A stretch of DNA of 64,000 bases from an uncultured Gammaproteobacteria bacterium (GCA_964447765.1 CAYUTO010000002.1:148316-212315), one strand, 5' to 3'. Positions 5,935 through 16,473 are shown, counted from the stretch's first letter. The notes: generated by a model from the letters alone, not told the origin. Translations and numbers: made by a program.

Positions 5935-8205
5935 ATGTACAGCAATCGCAACTCCATCGTCGCGCTCGTCGCGACGACCCTACTCATGGGGCTCATGAGC
6001 ATCTCGGCGTGCGAAAAGCACGACGACGGCAGTACCACCATCGTCAACAAGGAGGACCTCGGCCCGCAAACCGAGGCAGGTGCGCTCGATCTCGGGTTCT
6101 GCTCGATCAACTGGGACCAGACGCACACGTGCGTCGAGCTCGACTGTCCGGCATTCGGCGTCGAGTTCGAGCTCTGCAACGGTGCACCGGGACAGGGCTG
6201 TACGCTCGGTGCCAAGGTCGGTACCTGTGCTCCGCTCACGTGCGGCTCGCAGACCGTCCAGGTCTGCGACGGACCTCCGGGTCCGCAGGGCGAAGTCGGA
6301 CCACAAGGTCCGGCGGGTGATGCTGGTGCAACCGGTGAAGTCGGTCCGCAAGGGGAAACAGGTCCCCAGGGTCCGGCAGGCGACGCAGGTGCTACGGGTG
6401 AGGTGGGTCCAGAGGGGCCACAGGGTGACACGGGTCCGCAAGGTCCGTCGGGTCACAACAGCCTCATCCGTCAGTCGCCCGCGGGCGCGAACTGCCCCTA
6501 CGGAGGCACGCTCATCGAGAGCGGTGTCGACGATGGGTATCCGAGTGGAACGGCGGACAACGGTGTCCTTGAGGCAGACGAGGTCGATCACTTCTCCTAC
6601 GTCTGCAACGGTGCGCCAGGCCAGAATGGCTTGAGCTACTCGTGCTCGATCGGCGAGCTCATCGGTGAGTGCCGCACGTTCTCGTGCGGTCCGACGACTG
6701 CAGATCGGATTCAGCAAGTGAGGTTCCAAGTCTGCAACGGTGAGACGGGTCCACAAGGTTCTCAGGGGCAGCAGGGTCAGGCTGGTGAAGACGGTACGAG
6801 CTACTCGTGCTGGTTCGGTGGCTATGACGGTCAGTGCCGCACGTTCTCGTGCGGTCCGGACATCGACATGGATTCGATGGATCAGGTGATCGACAACTCG
6901 ATCGAGATCTGCGACGGCGAAGATGGACAGGACGGCGACAGCTGCTCCGTCTCCAAAGAAGATGGCTGCGCGACGATCTCGTGCGGTCCGGAAGGTGAGA
7001 TGTCGCTTTCGTGGGAATCAGAAACGATTTGCGACGGCGATTCGTGCTACTTCGGTAGCGAAGATGTCAAAGTCATGACCCTGGTCGGGGGCACCGAGTG
7101 TGTGTCGCTCTGCTGCGGCGTGGGTAATGGCGCGCATTGCGTCGACATCTGCGACGGCGAGAACTGTTCGGTCAGTCCCAAGGAGGACGGCTGTGCAGAG
7201 GTCTGCTGCAGTGGCGACTGCGTCGACATCTGCGACGGCGCGCCCGGCGGCTGTCTGAACGACGGCGAGTGTGCGAACGAAACCTTGTGCGACGGTGTCG
7301 AAGTGTGTGATCAGGGCATCTGCAGGCCGGGTACGCCCGTCACCTGCAACAACAACAATGTATGCGATGGTACTGAGACCTGCAATCCGGGAACCGGAAC
7401 CTGCAGCTCGGGCACCTCGCTCACATGCACTCCCGATGACAACCCGTGCACCGATACGGTGTGCGACGCGGTCCTCGGGTGCACGCACGTGAACGACAAT
7501 ACAAACACGTGCCTCGATGGCAACGTCTGCAACGGTGCAGAGGTATGTATCGCGGGTGTGTGTACAGACCAGGCGGATCTGGTCTGTGTCGACGCCGATC
7601 TCTGCGACGGTACCGAGACTTGCAACCCTTCGACGGGATGCAGCGCCTCGGGAACGCCGCTCAATTGCGACGACAACGACATGTGCACCACGGACAGCTG
7701 TGTCTCCGCAACGGGATGCGCTCACGCTCCGGTGGTGTGCGACGACATCGATCCGAACACGACGGACTCGTGCAATCCTTCAACGGGATGCGTGCACACT
7801 CCGATCGCTGGGCCAGAGATGCTCACGATCAAGGTGACCATTCCCGCGCGCGGAAGCCCCTCGGCAACGCCGGCGGGTGATGTGCGCTTCATCTGGGGTT
7901 CGACCTTCAACGACGGGGCACATCCGGCAAATGCCGGGAACGCCTACACGGTGACCCGGTCGATCGAGAAGTCGCAGGCCTGCCTCTGGGGCGTCGACAT
8001 CACGGTCGCCAATCCCGGCACCTCGCTCTTCTGGGACTGCCCCCTCAACGGCAATCCCGGTACGAAGTTCGATCCGAATCGTCTCCAGACGTGGGTCAAC
8101 AACGTCGAGAAGGTGGGTGTCCCGAAGCAGGACGGCAGCCAGTGCAGCGGCCAGGGTCCAGGTAATCTGTACCTCTCGCCCGCACAGCTCGGCTGTACGC
8201 CCTGA
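5935..8205 (+). CDS. GC-rich Cys-rich lipoprotein 4 (collagen-like repeats, DUF7151-like segment, Cys repeats, shared C-terminal 4-Cys domain)
   Basis: ATG after AAAGGA; lipobox ISA-C; long GPQ/GEV triplets; AGANCPYGG...NGVLEADEV...YVCNG; CDGxExC repeats; ends [14 protein letters not shown]. Confidence 0.85.
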   Translation: MYSNRNSIVALVATTLLMGLMSISACEKHDDGSTTIVNKEDLGPQTEAGALDLGFCSINWDQTHTCVELDCPAFGVEFELCNGAPGQGCTLGAKVGTCAPLTCGSQTVQVCDGPPGPQGEVGPQGPAGDAGATGEVGPQGETGPQGPAGDAGATGEVGPEGPQGDTGPQGPSGHNSLIRQSPAGANCPYGGTLIESGVDDGYPSGTADNGVLEADEVDHFSYVCNGAPGQNGLSYSCSIGELIGECRTFSCGPTTADRIQQVRFQVCNGETGPQGSQGQQGQAGEDGTSYSCWFGGYDGQCRTFSCGPDIDMDSMDQVIDNSIEICDGEDGQDGDSCSVSKEDGCATISCGPEGEMSLSWESETICDGDSCYFGSEDVKVMTLVGGTECVSLCCGVGNGAHCVDICDGENCSVSPKEDGCAEVCCSGDCVDICDGAPGGCLNDGECANETLCDGVEVCDQGICRPGTPVTCNNNNVCDGTETCNPGTGTCSSGTSLTCTPDDNPCTDTVCDAVLGCTHVNDNTNTCLDGNVCNGAEVCIAGVCTDQADLVCVDADLCDGTETCNPSTGCSASGTPLNCDDNDMCTTDSCVSATGCAHAPVVCDDIDPNTTDSCNPSTGCVHTPIAGPEMLTIKVTIPARGSPSATPAGDVRFIWGSTFNDGAHPANAGNAYTVTRSIEKSQACLWGVDITVANPGTSLFWDCPLNGNPGTKFDPNRLQTWVNNVEKVGVPKQDGSQCSGQGPGNLYLSPAQLGCTP

Positions 8206-8228
8206 GCTAGCTCGGTAGTTCTTTCAGG

Positions 8229-8430
8229 ACCTCTCCTGCCCCGGCAGGAGACACCACGAAGCGATGTATGATTCGCTTCAGTAGGTGACGTTCGACGACG
8301 ATCATACAACAACCCGGGGAAGTGCGCGTGCTACGGCACCCGCTTCCCCCTCTCTACTCTGAATTCAAATACTTTTGAAGATAGAGTAAAGAATAACAAA
8401 AAACTCCTGATTATTTCAGGAGTTTTTTGT
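8229..8430 (+). repeat. ~205-bp structured 3' trailer, copy 2
   Basis: direct repeat of 5444-5648; differences are in loops, a linker and one compensated base pair. Confidence 0.9.
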
Positions 8431-8489
8431 TTTATGAAGATTAATACTGTTTCAAAATATTCTGTTTAGAACAAGCCTATGATATACTT

Positions 8490-9578
8490 ATGTGGAATTT
8501 TATGAAGAAAATACATGTCGTGCATATCATTCCCAAGCTTGGTTTCGGTGGAGCCGAGCGTTTTGTGGTTGAACTTGCGAAGCATGTGTCATCCAAAAAT
8601 ATTCGTCAGTCAATTATTACGCTGTGGGACGATCGTCCGTTGATGGGGGAATTACCTGATTCAGTTTCGTGTACCGTATTTCCTTTTGACCGTATCGGAT
8701 ATGCACATCGAATTCCGAAGCTCGCGACAGTACTTCGAGAAATGCAGGCTGATGTCGTACATACACATCTTTTTAGTGCAGATCTGTGGGGAAGGCTTGC
8801 AGCGAAGTCACTGGAGATTCCCGTAGTTACCACCGAACATAATATCAATGTGGGAGAATCGTGGCTCTGGGGAAGAATCAAGCGTGCAATGAAAAAATAT
8901 TCTCGCGTGTACACAGCGCCGTCAAGTGCTGTCCGAGAATATATGAATTCGACATATGGTATTGCAGTTGAAAATACTCGAGTGATTATGCATGGCATCG
9001 AATTAGAACATTTTATCAAAATAAAACCTGCAACTTTTGCTTCACCATACAAGCTACTCATGATGGGAAGAGTCGTAGAGCAAAAAGGGCATTCAATTGC
9101 GCTTGAGGCATTACAAAAAATTACAGACATTCCGTGTACACTTACGATGGTGGGCGATGGAGAAAAAAAAGAATCGCTCATGCGCTATGCGAAAGAATTG
9201 GGAGTGAGTGATCGAGTGATATGGAAACCAGCCATCGAGAATGTTGCTGCCGAATATGCGGCGGCAGACATCGTGCTTGTTCCTTCACGATGGGAAGGGT
9301 TGGGAATCGTCGTGCTTGAAGCGCTCGCAAGTGAAAGACTAGTGATCGCGTCTGAGGTCGGAGGAATTCCTGAAATTATTACTGATCGCGAAAACGGCCG
9401 ATTGATTCCTGTGGAAAATAGCGAGGCACTTGCAGGTGCAATTCGTGCAAGTGTGGAAAATCAATTAGCTACAAAAAAAATTGCAAAGCAAGGTCGTGCT
9501 TGGGTAAAAGAACGAGGAAGTGTAGTGCGTATGGCTGAAGCATATGAAGCCTTGTATCAAGAAGTAGTGAAAAAATAA
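8490..9578 (+). CDS. GT4 family glycosyltransferase
   Basis: GGAER, VHTH, TEHN, PSRWEGLGIVVLEA; start may be 8502. Confidence 0.9.
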   Translation: MWNFMKKIHVVHIIPKLGFGGAERFVVELAKHVSSKNIRQSIITLWDDRPLMGELPDSVSCTVFPFDRIGYAHRIPKLATVLREMQADVVHTHLFSADLWGRLAAKSLEIPVVTTEHNINVGESWLWGRIKRAMKKYSRVYTAPSSAVREYMNSTYGIAVENTRVIMHGIELEHFIKIKPATFASPYKLLMMGRVVEQKGHSIALEALQKITDIPCTLTMVGDGEKKESLMRYAKELGVSDRVIWKPAIENVAAEYAAADIVLVPSRWEGLGIVVLEALASERLVIASEVGGIPEIITDRENGRLIPVENSEALAGAIRASVENQLATKKIAKQGRAWVKERGSVVRMAEAYEALYQEVVKK

Positions 9579-9585
9579 TCTACGT

Positions 9586-11061
9586 ATGGCAGAAGCGCAA
9601 ACTTCAAAACTTACTTGGTTTCTCGGTGTATCAGCATTCATGGGCGCGCTTATTTTTGCGATCATGTTGAAGGGAAATATGATGGTTGCGGCTATACTTG
9701 GATTTTTGATCATTTTATTTTTTTCCTATCATTTGGAAATTGGTTTGTACATATTACTCATTCTCTATCCACTTATCGGATGGGAATTTCATGCGAATAT
9801 TTTTCGGGGGCTACTCGGATCGAGCTCTACGGTGCTTGAATTTTATGCGCCCATGGTCGATGTGTGGGCACTGCTTATGGTCGGCGCATATGTCTTCTAT
9901 TTGATTCGCAAATGGCTGTATGGAGAGAAGCATCGGATTTACCTCCCCGAATTTGGATGGTATGCATTATTTATTTTATCAGCATTGCTGTCTCTCACAA
10001 ATGTTGCAGGGTGGGAATTACAAACAAGTGTTTCCTATATTGTCCGGTTCCTATTATTTGTTTATTTAGTATATGTAGTACTCGGCGCAAATATCATACG
10101 TACCAAAAAAATATTGCATCGGGCATTTGAAGTGGTCGTATGGATTAGTGTGCTTGGTGCAGTATTAGGACTTCTCTCATTTGCGATTGGTCCGGGGCGT
10201 GGAGTGATGCGTGCAGTTCCAATTTCCGTATTTGGGTGGCAACCATTCAATTATGATACCGCGAGTGGACATATTCTTCTGGCTGAAGTCTTGGTGGTGG
10301 CATTTCCGATTGCGATATATCTCGCATTGAGGGCGCAGACTGATGCACGAAAAATTGCATATACGATCGCGAGTGTGATTTGTGGAGTAACTGCATTTCT
10401 TACTTTTTCTCGGGCAAGCTGGCTCGCGCTCATAGTGCAGGGAATGTTGGCACTCTATATATTTCGTTCGCAGATCAAATGGAAAAAAATCAGAGGATAT
10501 TTTTTCACGTCGCTGTTATTCTTGATTCCAGCAGGAGCGTACATGGTGTTGCTTTTGCAGAGTGCAGTCGTTTCATCTTCTAATAGTACACGTATTACTC
10601 TCACTGAAGTTGCATGGAGTTTTTTTCTCGAACATCCATTCGTGGGACAGGGGGTCGGAACATTTGTAGAGAGACTGCGTGAGGTTCATTATTTTACCTA
10701 TGAATTTGGTGATCCGATTGATGCACATAGTATCCTTATGAAAATTCTTGCCGAGCAAGGAATACTCGGAGTTGCTACCTTTGGATTGTTTATTGGATTG
10801 TTATTATTTTCAATATATAAGCGAACAGTCGCCAAGGAATATAGTGCCGAAGCTCGTGGAGTGGCACGGCTGTGTTTGTTTTTAATTATGGTGCCATTAT
10901 TTTTTCAAATGTTTAATACACAATATTATTCGGCGCGTATGTGGGTACCGTTTATGCTTGCGATTGCGGCACATCTCCTGTATCGCCATGAACATGAGGG
11001 TGATGCATTCTACACACATTTCCGTCCGAATAAATACAAGATTGATACTGACGTTACCTAA
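9586..11061 (+). CDS. O-antigen ligase-like (Wzy_C) membrane protein
   Basis: polytopic; TFSRASW, HPFVGQGVGTF, DAHS. Confidence 0.85.
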   Translation: MAEAQTSKLTWFLGVSAFMGALIFAIMLKGNMMVAAILGFLIILFFSYHLEIGLYILLILYPLIGWEFHANIFRGLLGSSSTVLEFYAPMVDVWALLMVGAYVFYLIRKWLYGEKHRIYLPEFGWYALFILSALLSLTNVAGWELQTSVSYIVRFLLFVYLVYVVLGANIIRTKKILHRAFEVVVWISVLGAVLGLLSFAIGPGRGVMRAVPISVFGWQPFNYDTASGHILLAEVLVVAFPIAIYLALRAQTDARKIAYTIASVICGVTAFLTFSRASWLALIVQGMLALYIFRSQIKWKKIRGYFFTSLLFLIPAGAYMVLLLQSAVVSSSNSTRITLTEVAWSFFLEHPFVGQGVGTFVERLREVHYFTYEFGDPIDAHSILMKILAEQGILGVATFGLFIGLLLFSIYKRTVAKEYSAEARGVARLCLFLIMVPLFFQMFNTQYYSARMWVPFMLAIAAHLLYRHEHEGDAFYTHFRPNKYKIDTDVT

Positions 11062-11066
11062 ACTAT

Positions 11067-12143
11067 ATGATGACTATCGTACAGATTATTCCTCGATTAT
11101 ATCCTGGTGGTGCCGAGCGCCTAGTCTTGCAATACGCAGAAGAATTCAGCTCGCGCGATTGTTCGGTTCATGTGATGAGTAGTGTGGGTGATGGCGCACT
11201 TCGTCCGTTGTTTGAGAGTACAGAAGCAGAACTCATTGTAGGTAGTCGTGAGGAGTATGGGGGACGATGGGGTGTGTGGAAATTTTTAAAAAAAGAATTG
11301 CAGCGAATTCAGCCAGATATCGTACATACTCATCTGATGGGTGGAGACATGATTGGATATCTATGGAAACGTATATCGCCTCAAACTATCTGGATTTCGA
11401 CTGCGCATAATGTAGAATTTCATACGCCTTGGATCAAACGAATTGCGTGGAAAATATTTTTGAAAAAAGTAGATGTGGTGATTGCAGTGTCTGACGCAGT
11501 AGCATCGTACTCTCATGAAGAGTTTGGTGTTCCAAAAGAAAAGATCCAGACCATTTATAATGGTGTAGAAGTAGGGAAGTGGAAAAAAATTCCGGCAAAA
11601 AAATTTGACCCTAGCACACCTTCATTCGCAACCATTGGAAGATTGGAAGAACAAAAAGGACATATATTCGCGCTTCGTGCACTTGCAGAATTACAATCGT
11701 TGCCATGGACCTATCATGTATATGGAGATGGAAGTTTGCTTAGTATGTTACAATACACTGCTCAGGCATTGGGTATTGCCAATCGTATTGTCTGGCACGG
11801 GAATCAGAGTGATATGGTAAGTGCTTTGAAAGATATTGATGTAGTGGTACAGCCGTCCTTGTGGGAAGGAATGAGTCTCGTGGTACTCGAATCAATGGCG
11901 GCAGGACGCACCGTGATTGCAAGTACTGCAGCAGGGGGAGGAATTATTGAACATGGGCATACGGGATTTTTATTTGAAACAGCTAATACGAAAGAATTAG
12001 TACGTACATTCCGAGGTTTATTGGAAAATCCAACAGATGTTGCTCAGGTTGCAAAGCAAGCACGTGCTTATGCAGAAAAAAATTTTGATATGAAAGATCA
12101 TTATCGTGCGGTAAAAAATCTTTATTCATCGCTTGTGTCATAA
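11067..12143 (+). CDS. GT4 family glycosyltransferase
   Basis: GGAER, GRLEEQKG, PSLWEGMSLVVLES. Confidence 0.9.
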   Translation: MMTIVQIIPRLYPGGAERLVLQYAEEFSSRDCSVHVMSSVGDGALRPLFESTEAELIVGSREEYGGRWGVWKFLKKELQRIQPDIVHTHLMGGDMIGYLWKRISPQTIWISTAHNVEFHTPWIKRIAWKIFLKKVDVVIAVSDAVASYSHEEFGVPKEKIQTIYNGVEVGKWKKIPAKKFDPSTPSFATIGRLEEQKGHIFALRALAELQSLPWTYHVYGDGSLLSMLQYTAQALGIANRIVWHGNQSDMVSALKDIDVVVQPSLWEGMSLVVLESMAAGRTVIASTAAGGGIIEHGHTGFLFETANTKELVRTFRGLLENPTDVAQVAKQARAYAEKNFDMKDHYRAVKNLYSSLVS

Positions 12144-12146
12144 GGT

Positions 12147-14156
12147 ATGGTGCCTGTTCGTCGGCTACAATGCATGGTGTATACACTACTAGTGGTTTTT
12201 TGCACTACCTTTTTTCAGATACCGGTACACGCAAATACTGCTCCCAAAAAAGCGAATTATTTTTTGAAATGGAGTATTACTGATTTTGAAATGCAAGAAC
12301 TTGCAAAATGGGATTTGCTTGTTCTTGATATGGAAAATCAAATAACCAATCCATCGAAATTAAAAAAAATCAGAGAATTAAATCCAGATATTATTATACT
12401 TGCGTATATCACGTCGCAAGAAATTCGCGTAGATGCACGCGGGGGTCCAGGTGTGATGCGCGATCGTCTCGCACGGGGAATTCCTGAACAATGGCATCTT
12501 ACTAATAGTAAAAATGTACCCTTTAGCTTTTGGCCGGGCACACATATGCTTAATGTGACCAATTACGCGCCCGTCGTTGAAGGAAGACGGTTCAATGAAT
12601 ATTTGGCTGACTTTGTGGCTTCAGAAGTGATTTCAAGCGGTTTGTGGGACGGAGTGTTTTATGACAACGCATGGAAAGATGTATCATGGTTTACGGGTAC
12701 TGATGTGGATTATGATCGAAGCAACTCTCCTGATGGAAGTGTGGATGCAAAATGGTATGAAGGAATGATCTCGTTGTATGGATATACTCGAGCAAAGGTA
12801 GCGAGTAATATTATTATTGTGGGAAATGGACACACCGAAGGATATGTTGAAGCACTCAATGGGAAGATGATAGAAAATTTTGAGGAACATCGGTGGAAGG
12901 ATGTGATGCGGACGTATGCCTTGAATCAGAGTGCAAAACATCGACCTACCGTGAATATTATCAATTCAAACACGGGAAATGTGGAGAATTCCTACAACTA
13001 TCGGGCAATGCGTTTTGGGCTCACGAGCGCTCTATTAGAAGATGGATATTATTCATTTGATTATGGTGACGAGGATCATGCACGCACCTGGTATTATGAT
13101 GAATATGATGTGTCTTTGGGTAATGCACTCGGTAAATCAAGTTCGCGAAGTGGTGCGACTGAATATACTGAAGATGTGTGGTCGCGGAATTTTGAAAATG
13201 GGATCGCTGTCGTGAATAGCACCAATGAAGTGAGAACTGTCTCACTGAATGGCGAGTATGAAAAAATTCATGGACTACAAGATTCAAAAGTAAATGATGG
13301 ATCAATTGTATCTGAAGTAACACTTGCTCCAAAAGATGGTTTGGTACTTCTAAAAACGTTTGAAACATTGAAGAAAGTAGTATTTACCAATGGTTTTTTT
13401 GCTCGTTTTTTCAAGCCTACCGGAGAGCGCGCGAGAAATGGTATGTTTGTGTTCGAAGAAGGTCAGGAGGGTGGTTCGCAAATTGCACATCTTGATCTTG
13501 ATTTTAATAACAAAGAAGAATTAATTATTGTAGATAATAATAAGATTTTTGCCTGGAGAGATGATGATCAGCCCTTATTCAAAATATATCCGTATGGCGC
13601 GAATTACACAGGCTCACTGCAGGTGGCGGTAGGTGATCTGAATAATGATGGTTTTTACGAGATCTATGTAGCGCCAAGTGCTGGATTCAAAGAACCAATT
13701 CGTGCGTACAATCGTCATGGTGATGTAGTAGTACCTGAATTTTTTCCGTTTGGAAAAAATTATACGGGCGGGTATCGTGTGGCACTTACTAAAGCGGGAG
13801 AAAAAACACCGTCACGTTTGATTATTGGATCAGGTACGGGAGTCGCCCCAACGATTACATTGTTTGAATACGGATTCAAAAAAATACGAAGTTTTGCAGC
13901 ATTTGAATCAGGATTCCGTGGTGGAGTGAGTGTGGCTGCAGGAGATGTTGATGGAGATGGAGTACAAGAAATTATTGCAGGAAAAGGGGCTGGTGGCACC
14001 CCAACCGTTCGTATATTTTCACTGGATGGAAAAGAAAAATACAAATCATTCAATGCGTATACCACGCTCTTCAAACCAGGGGTAGATGTCCGAACACTTG
14101 ATATTGATTTTGACGGAGTGGATGAAATTATGACGTTGTCGGAGAGTGCTTTGTAA
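12147..14156 (+). CDS. secreted putative glycoside hydrolase (TIM-barrel, GHL15/GH114-like) with C-terminal FG-GAP-type repeats
   Basis: signal peptide; LAKWDLLVLD, NPDIIILAY, WDGVFYDN; GDLNNDG and FRGGVSVAAGDVDGDG repeats. Confidence 0.65.
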   Translation: MVPVRRLQCMVYTLLVVFCTTFFQIPVHANTAPKKANYFLKWSITDFEMQELAKWDLLVLDMENQITNPSKLKKIRELNPDIIILAYITSQEIRVDARGGPGVMRDRLARGIPEQWHLTNSKNVPFSFWPGTHMLNVTNYAPVVEGRRFNEYLADFVASEVISSGLWDGVFYDNAWKDVSWFTGTDVDYDRSNSPDGSVDAKWYEGMISLYGYTRAKVASNIIIVGNGHTEGYVEALNGKMIENFEEHRWKDVMRTYALNQSAKHRPTVNIINSNTGNVENSYNYRAMRFGLTSALLEDGYYSFDYGDEDHARTWYYDEYDVSLGNALGKSSSRSGATEYTEDVWSRNFENGIAVVNSTNEVRTVSLNGEYEKIHGLQDSKVNDGSIVSEVTLAPKDGLVLLKTFETLKKVVFTNGFFARFFKPTGERARNGMFVFEEGQEGGSQIAHLDLDFNNKEELIIVDNNKIFAWRDDDQPLFKIYPYGANYTGSLQVAVGDLNNDGFYEIYVAPSAGFKEPIRAYNRHGDVVVPEFFPFGKNYTGGYRVALTKAGEKTPSRLIIGSGTGVAPTITLFEYGFKKIRSFAAFESGFRGGVSVAAGDVDGDGVQEIIAGKGAGGTPTVRIFSLDGKEKYKSFNAYTTLFKPGVDVRTLDIDFDGVDEIMTLSESAL

Positions 14157-14190
14157 AGTAAAAGCTTAAAACGCAAAAGTAAAAAGATTA
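14154..14190. repeat. 7-nt-period A-rich repeat, left arm of an inverted pair around the four-helix-bundle gene
   Basis: TAAAGTA AAAGCTT AAAACGC AAAAGTA AAAAGAT; imperfect reverse complement at 14581-14614. Confidence 0.65.
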
Positions 14191-14214
14191 ATTCAAATAC
14201 AATTCATTATTCCT

Positions 14215-14583
14215 ATGGAGGGAAGTATAAAAATAGTTTCAGTTAAGGAGCGGGCATATTTTTTCTGCCTTAAGCTTATTAAATTTGTTGATTCATTGAA
14301 TTCAAGAGATATGATGACTCAAATTATCGTGAAACAGGTATTAAGAAGTGGAACTAGTATTGGAGCAAATATTGTTGAAGCGCAGGCAGGAAGTTCAAAA
14401 AAAGATTTTGCCAATTTTTATGCCCATGCACTTAAGTCTGCAAATGAAACAAAATTCTGGATTGGATTACTCAGAGATTCGCATAAATCAGATAGAGAAG
14501 TTGCAAATAATTTATTGAATGAAACAAGAGAGATTGCCAATATTCTAGGTTCAAGTATACTAACACTCAAAAGGAAGAAATGA
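14215..14583 (+). CDS. four helix bundle protein (23S rRNA IVS / Avd-like family)
   Basis: QVLRSGTSIGANIVEAQAGSSKKDF...ALKSANETKFW. Confidence 0.92.
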   Translation: MEGSIKIVSVKERAYFFCLKLIKFVDSLNSRDMMTQIIVKQVLRSGTSIGANIVEAQAGSSKKDFANFYAHALKSANETKFWIGLLRDSHKSDREVANNLLNETREIANILGSSILTLKRKK

Positions 14584-14614
14584 TCTTTCTTTTGCCTTTT
14601 GCGCTTTTACTTTT
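14581..14614. repeat. 7-nt-period T-rich repeat, right arm
   Basis: TGATCTTTCTTTTGCCTTTTGCGCTTTTACTTTT. Confidence 0.65.
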
Positions 14615-14622
14615 GACTCTAT

Positions 14623-16473
14623 ATGAAATACGTGCAAGAACATTTGAATACACACCACTTGTTACGCGCTCCGCACAAATGGTTCTTTGCGTTTTTGGCA
14701 TCCCCAATTCATTTTGCTGAGATGCATTACAAGAATCGATATCATCTGCAATTTTCCCATGCGAGAAAACTGTTCTTGTTCGACATGTCTCTTGTTGCGA
14801 CACTACTCGTAGTTGCAGCAGCGTTTCTCGGGTGGAGTATGTACAATCCTACGGTGACTGATCTCGTTTATGTATCAATAGATCCTTCAAAAGATAGAAT
14901 ATTAAGTGGTGAATACGTGAGCTATACTATTGGGTATATCAATGAAAGTACGGTTCGACTTACTGATGCGGTATTGTCCGTTGAATTACCCGAAGGCTAT
15001 ATGGTAGATGCTTCAACGCCAGAAGGAGTGTACGATATTGAATCCAGTGAATTTAATCTTGGAAGTATTTCATCAGGTGAAGGTGGGTCAGTGTCAGTAG
15101 GAGGCTGGTTTTATGGTACACCGAATGTCGAAGATCATATCCATGCGAAAATTACGTATCGCCAAGATGGAAAAACACGCATCGAAGAAAAGACTAGTCC
15201 ACATATTATCTTTTTACGCGGATCACTCCTCACCTCAGTGGTCGAGCTTCAGGATCAGGTGGTCGAGGGCTCACGAGTGCCGGTGAAAATTAAGCTTACT
15301 AATACGGGTGATGAGCCACTTCAGAATATTTCATTTTCTTTTGATCCACTAAAAGCGATTGGTGTGGTAGAAAATGTATCCGCAACTATTGGATCTGCAA
15401 CCGAACATATCTGGTCTGTTTCTGAGCTTGCTCCTGGTCAGTCAGGAGAATTTACAGGAACCATACATGTTTCAGATACACTTGGGGAATCAGCGTATCC
15501 GCTCGAACTTGCTCCAGCATTGATGGTGCGTGGCAAAACCATTGCACAAACAATCGTAAAAAAGGATATACGTATAGCACAGCCAAAAGTACAAGTCGGG
15601 GCAGAGTGGGATGGAGGAGCCGGAACTCTTAAGCCTGGAGAAACAGCGAGACTCATGGTTTCTATTAGAAATACAGGAAATGTTGAAATAATTGATGGAA
15701 CAATAGAAATTCCATTGCCGCGAGGTGTCGTGAATGTGTCAGAAGCTGCGCGAGCAAATGCAGGATCGATTGCTCAGAGTACACTCGTATTAACTTCAGG
15801 AAAACATAGTACGTTGCGATCAATACAGCCAGGAGAATCGCGTGTGATCGCGGTCCTGCTTCCGGTTATTTCGACCTCAGATGCGGGTACCAATCTAGTG
15901 CTCCAGCCAACCGTTCGATTCAAGGGTACGGTAGCAGTTGCGACAGAGGTTATAGTCGAGGATGTGTCTACCGCAGGGTCTCTGAAAGTAGGAACTGATC
16001 TTCAGTTGGTTGGTGAGGTAAGATATTACACAGCCGAAGGTGATCAGCTGGGTCGAGGTCCGCTTCCGCCTGAGGTGGGAAAAGAGACCAAATATGCAGC
16101 ATTGTTCACCATCAGGAATACTACTAGTAATGTGACTGGAGGAGTCTTTACTGCACGTCTTGCTCCAGGTGTAGTGTGGACAGGGAAGACAAGTGTTACA
16201 CAAGGGTCTGCTCCTACATATAATCCCTCCACGCGCACGGTCCGCTGGAGTCTGGGGACTATTCCCGCTCACGCCAATGCAGGGTTATTTTTTGAGCTTA
16301 GTTTGACCCCCGCAGAGTCAGATAGGGGCACAACACCTGCTATGGTTATAAGTGCAGAAATCACCGGATCAGACTCATATGGAGGGTATTCAATGGTTAG
16401 AACCACTGGTGTTTTGGACAGTTCTTTGAAAACAGACACGAAGGGTAGTCTAAAAGGTAGTATTGTCCAGTAG
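14623..16473 (+). CDS. membrane-anchored Ig-like (DUF11/CARDB-type) multidomain protein
   Basis: N-terminal TM helix; repeated xNTG, WxxxxLxPG beta-sandwich motifs; GRGPLPPEVGKETKY. Confidence 0.65.
   Translation: MKYVQEHLNTHHLLRAPHKWFFAFLASPIHFAEMHYKNRYHLQFSHARKLFLFDMSLVATLLVVAAAFLGWSMYNPTVTDLVYVSIDPSKDRILSGEYVSYTIGYINESTVRLTDAVLSVELPEGYMVDASTPEGVYDIESSEFNLGSISSGEGGSVSVGGWFYGTPNVEDHIHAKITYRQDGKTRIEEKTSPHIIFLRGSLLTSVVELQDQVVEGSRVPVKIKLTNTGDEPLQNISFSFDPLKAIGVVENVSATIGSATEHIWSVSELAPGQSGEFTGTIHVSDTLGESAYPLELAPALMVRGKTIAQTIVKKDIRIAQPKVQVGAEWDGGAGTLKPGETARLMVSIRNTGNVEIIDGTIEIPLPRGVVNVSEAARANAGSIAQSTLVLTSGKHSTLRSIQPGESRVIAVLLPVISTSDAGTNLVLQPTVRFKGTVAVATEVIVEDVSTAGSLKVGTDLQLVGEVRYYTAEGDQLGRGPLPPEVGKETKYAALFTIRNTTSNVTGGVFTARLAPGVVWTGKTSVTQGSAPTYNPSTRTVRWSLGTIPAHANAGLFFELSLTPAESDRGTTPAMVISAEITGSDSYGGYSMVRTTGVLDSSLKTDTKGSLKGSIVQ

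Noticed and set aside
1783-8430. Integron cassette array (trailers as attC sites)
   Set aside because: I found no RYYYAAC...GTTRRRY boundaries around the hairpins and no integrase in the window. The cassettes have their own promoters and terminators.
5444-8430. CRISPR array or IS/MITE ends
   Set aside because: There are only two long direct copies 2.8 kb apart, with no short repeat-spacer pattern, terminal inverted repeats, target duplication or transposase.
4747-14583. Diversity-generating retroelement (Avd-like gene plus repeated segments)
   Set aside because: No reverse transcriptase is in the window, and mismatches between the repeated segments are not confined to adenines of one copy.
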